Below, piece by piece: positions 44,556-53,973 of a DNA stretch of 64,000 nt. A program made the translations under genes and the position numbers. Source of the stretch: Lachnospiraceae bacterium (GTDB lineage Bacteria; Bacillota_I; Bacilli_A; RFN20; CAG-826); assembly GCA_963654425.1 (NCBI GenBank), contig CAVKAR010000004.1:5293-69292 (forward strand). Direction: 5' to 3'. How positions within the stretch are numbered: the first letter of the stretch is position 1; each line of letters starts with the position of its first letter. The notes under the pieces were generated by a model, which was not told the origin of the DNA, ran no database searches, and saw nothing but the letters and a program-made list of their open reading frames with translations.

Positions 44556-44864
44556 TTATTCGACTTCGACGAAACGGCGGAGCGATGGCTCTGGCAAATA
44601 GCCAACCTGCGTTTTCTTTGCCTTCCCGTCTTCAAACAAGACGAGAGTCGGAATGCTATACACGTTGAATTTGGCGGCGATTTCGCTCGCTTGATCGACA
44701 TCGATTTTGATGATCGTTATCTCTGGATGCTCATCGGCTAGTTTCGCGACGAGCGGGGAAAGCATGCTGCATGGCCCGCACCAAGCGGCATAAAAATCGA
44801 CAAGGACCTTCCCTTTTTTCGTTTTTTCCTCGAATTCTTTCATGCCTACGATATTCAATTCCAT
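44556..44864 (-). CDS. trxA: Thioredoxin
   Basis: VLVDFYAAWCGPCSML active site, 102 aa. I trimmed the start to ATG 44864, preceded by AAGGAGA. Confidence 0.9.
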   Translation of the reverse strand: MELNIVGMKEFEEKTKKGKVLVDFYAAWCGPCSMLSPLVAKLADEHPEITIIKIDVDQASEIAAKFNVYSIPTLVLFEDGKAKKTQVGYLPEPSLRRFVEVE

Positions 44865-44881
44865 GATAAACAGTCTCCTTT

Positions 44882-45814
44882 TCAGCGCAATATTAACGCA
44901 AAAACAATGGCTATAATAGCGATATGCAATGGGTAAAAGACATATTCGAAATAACGCCACCATTTGCTGTCATAACCTCTCTTCCCTGAGTAGCATAGGA
45001 GCAAGAGGCAGTCGAGCAAACAATAGTTTTGAACTTTGGTGTCGGGGTTTTCGTAAACGTCGAAATGCCAGTTGAGGTAAGATATCCCCCAAAGAAGGAC
45101 GGTCACGATCAAGAAGACGGTCACGCCAATCGTGTTGACAAGGCGCCTTTAGGCTGGCGTCGGTTGATAAGCGGATAAATCCTCGCCTTCCAGAAGCAAG
45201 CCTTTTTTAACCCAGGCATCGGCGATTTTGTAAGCGTAATAAAAACCCAAAAACACGAGAAAGCCGAACAAGTTGTAGGCAGCGCGGAGGAAATCAGGGA
45301 AGTATAAGTAAGTCGTGGCTCCATATCTATCGATGACGCCAAGAATGTAGGAAGCCAGGATATAAAGAGCTGGCAAAAGGCAAAGAGGACGCAGCTTTTT
45401 GTTTTGATGCTCAAGAAGATAAACGAATAAAGCATAGAGAAGAAGATCGGTGAAGGCCTGGCTTCCAACCATGCTTCCGAGTTCGCCAAGCCACGAATAG
45501 GAATTATTGGCTTCGGCGATTCGATACGATGAATAGAGAAAGGTCTCCACTAGAGCGATGGCAAGCCACATAAAGAAAAGACGCATGATATAGCCTCTGC
45601 GATCTTTTGTGTGCTTAAGGCCCTCGCTTAGGAAAAAAGCGAAAAGCGGAAAAGCCAGTCGACCGATGATGCGAAAGACGCCCCCGATTGCGAAAGCGGT
45701 GGTGGTTGAAGCATAATTGCTCACTAAAAAAAGGCCTACATGGTCAAGCGTCATTGAGACAAAGGCGATGATTTTCAGAGCAAATTCATCGACAATTTGG
45801 GCTTTTTCGCTCAT
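44882..45814 (-). pseudogene. TraX-family membrane protein interrupted by a single in-frame TAA (two ORFs: 45149..45814 and 44882..45124)
   Basis: The N-terminal ORF carries LKIIAFVSMTLDHVGLFL (TraX N-motif). The downstream ORF carries CYSGKRGYDSKWWRYFEYVFYPLHIAI (TraX C-terminal YNGxRG...FYxFYPxH motif). Both ORFs are in the same frame, since 45964-45124 = 840. They are separated by TAA (45151..45149) plus 8 sense codons (RRLVNTIG). Confidence 0.55.
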
Positions 45815-46692
45815 GAAGCTCCGCCTTTGCTGCTGATGATCGAAAGAGTGCAGGAGATGGTATTGTTGAGAGCGTGCGCCAAATATGAGGCCCCGAAGCC
45901 GAATTTGTCGTAAGCTAGGGCAAAAAGAAGCCCTGAGACGATATAAGGCGGGAGATTGAGCCATTCAATCGCACTGCCGATATTCTGCCAATTGAAGTGA
46001 ATGGCCCCGAAAATCAGAGCGCTCAAAATGTAGGCAACGGTCGTATTCCACCTTTTCAAAACGTTGAATAAGCCAAGCCGGTAAGTGCATTCTTCGCAAA
46101 AAGGCCCGATGAGCCCGAGAATGATGATGGATAAGGCAGGATAAGCGGTGATGATACTCATGACATTGTTTTGATTTTGATTGCTCTCCCCGCCCGTGTA
46201 TTTGGAAATCAGCATTCCATAGAGTATGTCGAAAACATAAATCGCAGCCACGAAAATGAAGCCTGCGTAGGTTTTCGGCTTGGCGAATCTATTCACTAAA
46301 CGCGGAAGATACTTCCAAAGCGCGATGATGAAGCCGACGAACAAGATTGAGTAAAGCGGGAAGAAAATAGAAGCCAGCCCATTGCCTGAGTTCACGAAGG
46401 CATAGACGGCCGCATTGAGTTCATCTCCGCTTAAACCAGTCGCTCGGTAATTATTCGCGACCACGGCAACGACGATTACTTGGATTATGAGTTCGATGAT
46501 CTGCAGACCCAAAAATCCGAAAAGGAAGCAAAAAAGCTCTCTCCATGGCCCAACAGGGGTGCATTCCTTCCAGGAACGTTTCACCACTTCATCTTCGTTG
46601 ATGGCTCCGCAAGCGGGGCACTCTTGGAGAGCCGAATCATATTTTTGGCCGCAATTAGAGCAGCTGATTTTGTGATAATGCAATTTGCTCAT
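45811..46692 (-). CDS. CPBP-family intramembrane glutamic protease with an N-terminal zinc ribbon
   Basis: CSNCGQKY...CPACG at the N-terminus. CPBP motifs GPFCEECTYRLGLF (EExxxR), LIFGAIHFNW (FxxxH) and AHALNN. It overlaps the TraX gene through ATGA. Confidence 0.8.
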   Translation of the reverse strand: MSKLHYHKISCSNCGQKYDSALQECPACGAINEDEVVKRSWKECTPVGPWRELFCFLFGFLGLQIIELIIQVIVVAVVANNYRATGLSGDELNAAVYAFVNSGNGLASIFFPLYSILFVGFIIALWKYLPRLVNRFAKPKTYAGFIFVAAIYVFDILYGMLISKYTGGESNQNQNNVMSIITAYPALSIIILGLIGPFCEECTYRLGLFNVLKRWNTTVAYILSALIFGAIHFNWQNIGSAIEWLNLPPYIVSGLLFALAYDKFGFGASYLAHALNNTISCTLSIISSKGGAS

Positions 46693-46701
46693 ATAGCCGC
46701 A

Positions 46702-46707
46702 ATTATA
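46702..46707 (-). promoter_or_regulatory. -10 box TATAAT, 9 nt upstream of ATG 46692 (leaderless-type)
   Basis: The minus strand reads TATAAT, TGCGGCTAT, ATG. No SD. Confidence 0.35.
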
Positions 46708-46725
46708 ACTTTATATGGCAAATTT

Positions 46726-46789
46726 AAAAGTTAATTGAAAAGGCGATGAACGCTAGGCGATAATTAATCAACAAAAGTTATTAACTTTT
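46726..46789 (+). promoter_or_regulatory. Candidate promoter (TTGAAA-18-GATAAT) with operator-like AAAAGTTA half-sites upstream of the giant gene
   Basis: AAAAGTTAAT (46726..46735) overlaps the -35 box TTGAAA (46735..46740). The -10 box GATAAT is at 46759..46764. A perfect 17-bp palindrome AAAAGTTA-T-TAACTTTT (46773..46789) ends 11 nt before ATG 46801. No SD is visible. Confidence 0.35.
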
Positions 46790-46800
46790 CCTAAACGCAT

Positions 46801-49800
46801 ATGAACCTAGCAACAGTCTTAGCAAATATTGATTCTTCGAGCATTGTCTCAATCCTCAATACCGCCCTTCTTGCCGTCTTCATCCTTATCATCGTTTCGC
46901 TCATATTCGCCTTTTTGCGCGGGCTATTCCGCGGATGGAGGTACGGGACATATCGCTTAGGCTACTTTTTGCTCCACATAATAATCGGGCTTGCCTTATT
47001 GGAGGTCATCGCCAATACAATCGGGCAAATAGATATAGCCTCGATTATGGGGCAAAACTCCATGAGCGTCTCGCTTGGGGGAGCCGAGATAACTTTCACT
47101 GTCTCGACTCTTGAGGGGACGATCAACGATTTCTGCAAACAGGCTATGCAGTCTTATAGCCCTTCGACCGATCCGGCGAGCGTTTCCAATATTGCCTATT
47201 CTTTCACTAAATCGATTTTGAAATGGCTTACGGTTTTCATTGAAGGCATATTGCTTATCACCATCGTGAATTTCTTCTGCTGGCTTCTTTGGCATATCGC
47301 TTTCAAGAGAATAATCCCCTCCGGCATCAGGAAAAGGACTTATAAAAAAGGGAAACTTGTCAGCGCTTTTGAGGAATTTTTCGTGTCCGCCCTTTGCTTA
47401 TGCATGGTCATCGCTCCTCTCTCGAGTGTCGTCAATAGCGCAATTCACGGCTTTGAGAACGCCTCTTCCAGCGTTGAGGATAAAGAGAAGCTCAAGGCCA
47501 ACAATGAGACTTATAAGCTTATAAGCGATGTGGCCGATGCTTATAACGACAGCGTTTTCGCAAAAGTGTTTTTCGCCGCCCGCGACGAAAATAACTACAG
47601 TTTCGATCAAGGGCTCATGAATTGGCTTACGACTTCCTCGTCTGGCGATAACGGCCTTGAAGTGTCTTTCATCAAAGAGCTCCAATATGTGGCGGGCCTA
47701 GGGACGCTCGTCGTCGAATCGGGGCTTTTGTCGGAAAATGCCACGACGAATTACAAGGTTTATTTATTCATCACCAGCAAATATCCATCCCTTCTTATAT
47801 CTTCCTTGGCGAAGAGCGATATCGTGACCGGACTATTGCCGTTTGCTTTCAGCATTCTTACAAATATGGATGCGCTTGAGCAATATATAGGCAACAAATG
47901 GAATATAGACTATTCCTCAAACAATTGGAGCAATAGCATCGACAATATCGCCGGTCTTTTCGACGATATTCAGCATAGCGGCGTCATTGATTTGCTGACT
48001 TACGATGAGACGGAGGACAAAATCGTTTTCGCAGCAAGCAACGCCTCAAATCTGTTTACCGAGGAAAGCAAAGCCAAATTCGAATCCGCTTTTGCGCGCA
48101 TCAGCAACGATAACGATGAATGGAAAGTCTTCAATAATCTGCTTATCTCTTTCCTTGTGAATACCGTCATCAATTCCTCTTCCAGCGAAGAGGCTTCCTC
48201 CTCTTTGTCTTTATGCGATTTCTTGCCAGCTGTTTCCGATGAATATTATGAATACGATGAAGCAAAGGGCCGCAATGTCCCGACGAATGAAATCCCACCG
48301 GATTACGCTTCTCTCAATATCGCCGATGAAATAGGCTATATTTACCGCTCTTTGGCGAGAGTGAACGACATCAGCGGCGATTTCGTGGGGAATGTCATCG
48401 AAGGCGTTCTCAATAATAGTCTCGATACATCATCTCTATTGGCCACCATGGTCGATAGTATCGATGAAGTGGTGTCTATCTTCACGGGAGAAGACGAAGA
48501 TGGAGTTATACAAGCTGATGAAAAGACTGGTAGGAGCGAGAATGGCGACTGTTTGCTTGATAGCTCTCTCATTTGCAACGCCATGCCGAAAGTTTTCAAG
48601 ATATTAGGTCAAACGCTTGGCAGTTCCATGAGCGTTGAAGTGGATGTAGATGCAGTCAACAATGAGCTTTTCTATGATGAAGAAGGCGAGCTTTTGCCGC
48701 TCAACGAGCGTTTGATCAACGAAAAGACGGAGGTTTCGCATCTTCTTGGGGTCGCTAGCTCATTCGCCAAAACCGATGTAGGGAAGAACTTGCTGAAGAA
48801 CCTCGACACGATGCCTGGCTTCACTTATAACCCGGACGAAAGCAAATCGCTTGCCTATATCGACCCCGACATTTTGGATGCCTTAGCATCGTCTTTGGGC
48901 AAAATCGATGATTCGATTTTCTTGAGCAAAGCCATCCCGAATCTATTCGCTGGGCTTTTGACTAACGCCGGCGGCGCCCTTTCAAGCTTCGGCATTACCT
49001 CAGACGATTTCAATTTCAGCCCTGTGGATGAGAATGGGGATAGCGTGCTCGGAAAAGAGCTGGGGAAAATGCTCACGATGTATCGCGATTGCCAAGATCT
49101 CTTCAATTATATAAAGGATAATAGCGATTCTTTGTCTAGCGGTGGCGATACGAGCGCTTTCCTTAAAGGGTTAGCACCTTTCTGCAACGATGGGGAAGAA
49201 GGAGCGAAAGGCTCAAGTTTGTATTCTTTGCTAAACGGATTCTCCTCAAGCAAGATCCTGAATGACAACCCTAACCACGAGGAAGAGAATTACAATTACC
49301 GTCTCCTCATGAATAAGGTACTCACGACCGCTTTAGGGGAAGGCTACGAATATAATGGCAGCATAAGCGATGTGAGCGAAGAGAATGTGGCGATTTGCAA
49401 AATCCTTTCATGCATGGTCGAAAGCGATTTGCTCGATATGCTGAACGGCTCTTCCATTTCCTTATCATCTTTCCTTGATTTCGATTTCGAAGCCCTTTTA
49501 TCCCCATTGCAGGAAACGACGATGCTGCGCAGCGTTTTCACCACTTTCCTCGACAAAACCATATGCGAAGGCGCTTTGAGCTCTTCTGAAGATGCGATGA
49601 AGGGTGTTTCTTTTGAAAACGTCGTCGATTGGTCTAAGGAAGGAAAGACGCTCAATCTCCTTATTTCCTTCGCTGACCGCATTGGCGATTTCAGTAACCT
49701 CGATCTTTTCAATAGTGATCCGGACGCCGTGACGGGGATTCTCTCCTGCTTAAGCTCCAGCCAGCTTTTCCTTGAAAGCGATGGGACTTATCATTTTGGT

Positions 49801-52800
49801 CAATTCCTTTACTACACCTTGACCGATTCGATGGAAAGCGACGCTTTAAGCTTTTTTTCGGATCGAGATGGGACTGGCTCTACGCAGCTATTGATCGATA
49901 TGGAAAGCCTCAGCCAAACCGATTGGAGCGATGAGGCTTCGGTATTCGGCGATATTGTCGCGGCTTTGAAGTCTTTGGGAGGGATGGATCAATTCTCGTC
50001 AGGGTCGATCGATTTCGGGAGCATTAATTTGAACGCCATCGGCTCAATGCTTGATTCCTTATCCAAATCAAAATCGGTAGGACGCGTTCTCTCATACCAC
50101 TTTTACGAGAAAATCGGCGAAGAGCTCAAAAACAGCTCTTTTGAGCTAGGCGGAGGGCATGGAGACGATGCTTTAAGCGAGAAGGTCGGGAATCTCAACA
50201 TCGATGAGGTTTGGGAATCATATGACGATGGCTATCAAGGCCTATTGACGGATAGAAGCGAAGAATATTCCTTATTGACCAACATTTTGTTTGCGGCGAC
50301 CTCCCCGAAATACGGGATTATCGCCGATGATGGCAGTTTCGGCGATGGTTTCTCTCTTTCTAGCACAAGCGGCGAATTCCTCGTCAAGCCGGTTTTGACA
50401 TACATGTCTGAAAGCATCGTTTTCAATACGCTCAACGCAAACGCGGTGAATGAGGCCAAAGAAGAAGGCAAAACCATTACCTACACTGCGTTTGAGTGCG
50501 AGATGGCTCAGATTGTCTACGATGCTGGAATATACGGCAAAGACGAGGACGGAACGAATGATGCATATAACAAGATTCGCGACGAATATGTGAAATCCAT
50601 TCGCCCATCGGTTGATTATGATGCGTCAGCTGATAGCGAAACCGACTTCGCGAAATTCAAGGAAAGCTACAAGGCGGAGATTTCCTCGATTTCCTCGATA
50701 ATCGATGGTTTCAAGGCACTCGATATCGACCTTGCGAATTTCTCCTTGACTAATTTCTTCTCGGATTCCTCAGGCATGCTTGCTGATGCCGAAATCCGCA
50801 AAGCCAACCTCGATTCGATACTGTATTCCATCAACGGATCGCATCTTTTCTACAATTTATTGCCGGATAAAATCAGCGAAGCCTTCTCTGGGGCCAGCAT
50901 CAGTGGAATGGATACGGAAAACGCGAACGTCGAATATCTTCGCGCCTATGATTCCGATGCGGCCAAAGGCGAAATAAGCACAATCACGCGCATCCTTTAT
51001 TACATTGAGAAAACGGGTTTGGGAAATGCCACCGCTTCTTTCTCACTCGATTCAATCGATCCTGAAACGACAACCGATTTGCTTGCGACGATGGCCAATT
51101 CCTATGTTTTCAATTCGCTTAGCGAAAGCGTAACCGACGAAAACGCCCTTACCGTCTTCCAATCCTTCTTGAGCCAGATCTTAGGCGGAGACGATAGCCA
51201 ATTGAAAGACTATTATTATCTCGATGATTCGCCAAAAGACCAGGCGAATAGCGGATATTATTCGAATTCGAAGGAAAAGGCCGAATATATCGTCAAGAAC
51301 ACTTTCAAGAATCTTTTGGCTAAGGATTTCACAGAAGAGCCGGTCGAGATATTGAACGGTGATTCGTATTCCTTAAAGACTTTCTTGGCTCTTCTCAATG
51401 ATGGCGATAATGGCTTGGCCGATGCTCTTTCGGGCGGGGATTTCACGGCTTTGGACGAAGATCTTTTCCGTGATTTGCTTCGCGAAATAAACGGCAATGA
51501 GCTTTTCTACGATGTCGTGCCGAATTCTTTATACAAGACAATCAACGGGGATAATTTGAGCATCGACGGGTTCAAGATGTCCCTTGCCAATCCGTTCTTC
51601 GTCTACAATTATGACGGCGAGGCTTATTCTGAAACATCAGATTTCGAAAGGCATTACCCGGATAGTGAAATCGTCACTCTTTCTTCCCTCATCAAGCGCA
51701 TGAGCGGCCTATCTTCCACCCTTGGTAACATTTCGGAAGGCGGAATCGACGAAGACGGGATAAAAAACATCAAATCGCTCCTCTTAGAGCTTTATGAATC
51801 GAAGGTTTTCCATAAAACTGGAGTCAACACGGATTCCTCAGATTATCGCGCAGAAACATCAGGGGTGGAGAACTTGACCGTTTTCGAACAAACCATTTAC
51901 AAGCTTTATAGCGATTCCTCATTGGCAAAAACCGCTTATAGCGAAAATTACGATGGGCTTTACTTCTCTATCTGGGAACAAAAGCTTCATGATTATGTGA
52001 GATTCGGGACTGAAGCTGACGATAGCGGCGAGAACGCCTCAGGATTAATCGATTTCGAGGGCTTCAGCTGGAATAATGAGATTTCTTATCTTACCATCAC
52101 CGATGATGCTGACGGAGGGCTTCTTTATACCGCTTTGAGCCAAGGTTTATTGGATACTGGCGTCAGCTTGACGGAAGACAATTTCTCTTTCTATGGCGAA
52201 GGGACGACCTCCGATGATTTGAAGAATATCGGCAAGCTGAGCTCGGCTTTAAACGAGCTTTCCATCGTGCGCGATGTCATGCCGATCCAAATCGAAGACC
52301 TCTTAAGCTCATTGGGTTTTGATGCCTATGGTTCGCTCACGAAAACATTCGATTTTTCCTCATCTCCAGTGAGTGAATATTCTTTTGGCTTCGATTCGGT
52401 CTATGGATATATAATCAGTTTGGAAGTCACGGGGAGCGACGTTAAATATCAATATTCTTTCGGATCGTCTTATTTAGGCGAAAGCGATTGGATCGAAGAA
52501 GCGAACTGGAAAGAAGTTCGTCCGCTTTGCGTGTCGATAAAAGGCACCGACATCAGCAAGATAACGGTGAGTTTCGATACCGCTGACTATTTCCTCAGCA
52601 AAGCTCAATACGCCGGAGAAGATGGCGCCCTCAATGGCTTGATCAGCTTTGCCACAGGGATTATGGAGGCCAATGGCGGAAGCTATCCGAAGTTCGATTC
52701 CGGCAGCAATATGATAGAGTGCCTTGCCAAAAAAGGAATAATCGAGAGCGCTCTCCGCTACCTCGATTGGGATAAGGGATTCTATGGGCTTGGCTATGAA

Positions 52801-53970
52801 ATAGACGATGATTCCTCCATCGTCGCGAATAGCGAAAATTCTCTCTTTTATAGCCGCGATATCACTTTCACGAACATGCTTTCCTTCAGTTATAGCGGAA
52901 ATAGCATCGATCTCGGCAAATACATGAAGAGAGGCGACGCCTATCCTTATGCGAGGATTAACGATGTTTTCGTGGACAACAAGAGCAATGCCGATTTCTA
53001 TTCGAATGAGGACGAATTCTTGAGAACAAATCTCGCTGGAATGGCCGCGAATGACTTCGTTATCGGTAACGATACGAAGACAAGCGCCACCTCCATCAGC
53101 GCCTCTTCCATCGATAATTTCAAGAATTTTGGCGACATCGAGATGAGCTACACAATCAGCGGAATCGATAAGAAAGTGGAATTCACCATTGATAAATCCG
53201 TCACGAAAATGCTTGGCTTATCGGGTCTTGCCAGCGCTTCAGAAACGAGTTTCGCGACCTTATTAAGCGAAACTATCTCGAATCGAAAAGGCAATCAGGC
53301 AAGCGCCTTTGGCCAATATATCGTAAGTGGGATGCTCGCTCGCCTTGTGAAAGTGCAGGATGAGCACGCCGTAAGCGGCTCTTATCTTGGCAGCCCGATC
53401 AAAGATATCGCCAATGAAGCCGATGCTCTTGGCAAAGCCACGTCGACCATTACCCCATCCGGCGCCATTTTGACGACATACAATTACAGCCATTCGCCAA
53501 TCTCTTCTTCTCATCAAACAAGCGCTCAAACGTTGCACGCGAGTTTGCTGCAGAATCGCTCGATATACGAATACGCGGACACTTTGCTAGGCGAAGAGAG
53601 CACTTCATCGCTATTTGGCGATTTGCTTTCGATTGAAGGGGCGATTGGAGCCATCAAGCATTTTGCTTCAACTCCAAGCACCGAGGAAAAAACCACGGCC
53701 CAAAAATCACTCATCAGTTTGGATTCGTATACTGGAGATTTGAAGCTCCTTGTCAATATCTTCTATTCCGGATCTATGTATGATTCCTTGACCTGGAACA
53801 CGTATTTCTACGAACAGTGGACGGTAAATAGGATTACCACTGCCGGGGATAGTAGCGAATCCACAATCACGCAGAAAGTAAAGGATTTCCAGAGCGTTGA
53901 CGGGAATGGATATTTGGCTGGCGTCGAGACGCCCTTCTCCTTTACCAATGTGGCTTGTTGCCTTGCTTAG
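46801..53970 (+). CDS. Giant (2,389 aa) acidic, Ser/Asp-rich membrane-anchored protein of unknown function
   Basis: A single uninterrupted ORF. The N-terminal 215 aa hold about 4 TM helices, with a CvpA-like beginning (IVSILNTALLAVFILIIVSLIFAFLRGLFRGW). The rest is hydrophilic and built from diverged recurring modules. I recognise no catalytic or adhesin domain. Confidence 0.85.
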   Translation: MNLATVLANIDSSSIVSILNTALLAVFILIIVSLIFAFLRGLFRGWRYGTYRLGYFLLHIIIGLALLEVIANTIGQIDIASIMGQNSMSVSLGGAEITFTVSTLEGTINDFCKQAMQSYSPSTDPASVSNIAYSFTKSILKWLTVFIEGILLITIVNFFCWLLWHIAFKRIIPSGIRKRTYKKGKLVSAFEEFFVSALCLCMVIAPLSSVVNSAIHGFENASSSVEDKEKLKANNETYKLISDVADAYNDSVFAKVFFAARDENNYSFDQGLMNWLTTSSSGDNGLEVSFIKELQYVAGLGTLVVESGLLSENATTNYKVYLFITSKYPSLLISSLAKSDIVTGLLPFAFSILTNMDALEQYIGNKWNIDYSSNNWSNSIDNIAGLFDDIQHSGVIDLLTYDETEDKIVFAASNASNLFTEESKAKFESAFARISNDNDEWKVFNNLLISFLVNTVINSSSSEEASSSLSLCDFLPAVSDEYYEYDEAKGRNVPTNEIPPDYASLNIADEIGYIYRSLARVNDISGDFVGNVIEGVLNNSLDTSSLLATMVDSIDEVVSIFTGEDEDGVIQADEKTGRSENGDCLLDSSLICNAMPKVFKILGQTLGSSMSVEVDVDAVNNELFYDEEGELLPLNERLINEKTEVSHLLGVASSFAKTDVGKNLLKNLDTMPGFTYNPDESKSLAYIDPDILDALASSLGKIDDSIFLSKAIPNLFAGLLTNAGGALSSFGITSDDFNFSPVDENGDSVLGKELGKMLTMYRDCQDLFNYIKDNSDSLSSGGDTSAFLKGLAPFCNDGEEGAKGSSLYSLLNGFSSSKILNDNPNHEEENYNYRLLMNKVLTTALGEGYEYNGSISDVSEENVAICKILSCMVESDLLDMLNGSSISLSSFLDFDFEALLSPLQETTMLRSVFTTFLDKTICEGALSSSEDAMKGVSFENVVDWSKEGKTLNLLISFADRIGDFSNLDLFNSDPDAVTGILSCLSSSQLFLESDGTYHFGQFLYYTLTDSMESDALSFFSDRDGTGSTQLLIDMESLSQTDWSDEASVFGDIVAALKSLGGMDQFSSGSIDFGSINLNAIGSMLDSLSKSKSVGRVLSYHFYEKIGEELKNSSFELGGGHGDDALSEKVGNLNIDEVWESYDDGYQGLLTDRSEEYSLLTNILFAATSPKYGIIADDGSFGDGFSLSSTSGEFLVKPVLTYMSESIVFNTLNANAVNEAKEEGKTITYTAFECEMAQIVYDAGIYGKDEDGTNDAYNKIRDEYVKSIRPSVDYDASADSETDFAKFKESYKAEISSISSIIDGFKALDIDLANFSLTNFFSDSSGMLADAEIRKANLDSILYSINGSHLFYNLLPDKISEAFSGASISGMDTENANVEYLRAYDSDAAKGEISTITRILYYIEKTGLGNATASFSLDSIDPETTTDLLATMANSYVFNSLSESVTDENALTVFQSFLSQILGGDDSQLKDYYYLDDSPKDQANSGYYSNSKEKAEYIVKNTFKNLLAKDFTEEPVEILNGDSYSLKTFLALLNDGDNGLADALSGGDFTALDEDLFRDLLREINGNELFYDVVPNSLYKTINGDNLSIDGFKMSLANPFFVYNYDGEAYSETSDFERHYPDSEIVTLSSLIKRMSGLSSTLGNISEGGIDEDGIKNIKSLLLELYESKVFHKTGVNTDSSDYRAETSGVENLTVFEQTIYKLYSDSSLAKTAYSENYDGLYFSIWEQKLHDYVRFGTEADDSGENASGLIDFEGFSWNNEISYLTITDDADGGLLYTALSQGLLDTGVSLTEDNFSFYGEGTTSDDLKNIGKLSSALNELSIVRDVMPIQIEDLLSSLGFDAYGSLTKTFDFSSSPVSEYSFGFDSVYGYIISLEVTGSDVKYQYSFGSSYLGESDWIEEANWKEVRPLCVSIKGTDISKITVSFDTADYFLSKAQYAGEDGALNGLISFATGIMEANGGSYPKFDSGSNMIECLAKKGIIESALRYLDWDKGFYGLGYEIDDDSSIVANSENSLFYSRDITFTNMLSFSYSGNSIDLGKYMKRGDAYPYARINDVFVDNKSNADFYSNEDEFLRTNLAGMAANDFVIGNDTKTSATSISASSIDNFKNFGDIEMSYTISGIDKKVEFTIDKSVTKMLGLSGLASASETSFATLLSETISNRKGNQASAFGQYIVSGMLARLVKVQDEHAVSGSYLGSPIKDIANEADALGKATSTITPSGAILTTYNYSHSPISSSHQTSAQTLHASLLQNRSIYEYADTLLGEESTSSLFGDLLSIEGAIGAIKHFASTPSTEEKTTAQKSLISLDSYTGDLKLLVNIFYSGSMYDSLTWNTYFYEQWTVNRITTAGDSSESTITQKVKDFQSVDGNGYLAGVETPFSFTNVACCLA

Positions 53971-53973
53971 CCT

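Noticed and set aside
44233-44701. Track ORFs 44233..44457 and 44459..44701 (minus strand) and 44475..44741 (plus strand)
   Set aside because: They overlap the two hand-folded tRNA genes, their promoter, and the trxA 3' end. The tRNA cloverleaves explain the sequence.
45149-45151. Programmed recoding (stop-codon reassignment or selenocysteine/pyrrolysine-type readthrough) at the TraX in-frame stop
   Set aside because: The codon is TAA, which is not a known recoding codon of those systems and is used as a genuine stop by many genes here. I found no downstream structure. A pseudogene, a split gene or a sequencing error is more parsimonious.
45121-45489. 122-aa minus-strand ORF overlapping the TraX gene in another frame
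   Set aside because: The TraX frame carries the family motifs and hydrophobic periodicity. This frame has no features.
46801-53970. Exact tandem DNA repeats or a phase-variable homopolymer/SSR tract in the giant gene
   Set aside because: I saw only diverged protein-level periodicity, with no long perfect nucleotide repeats or extended homopolymer runs by eye. Computational repeat scanning is needed to exclude short ones.
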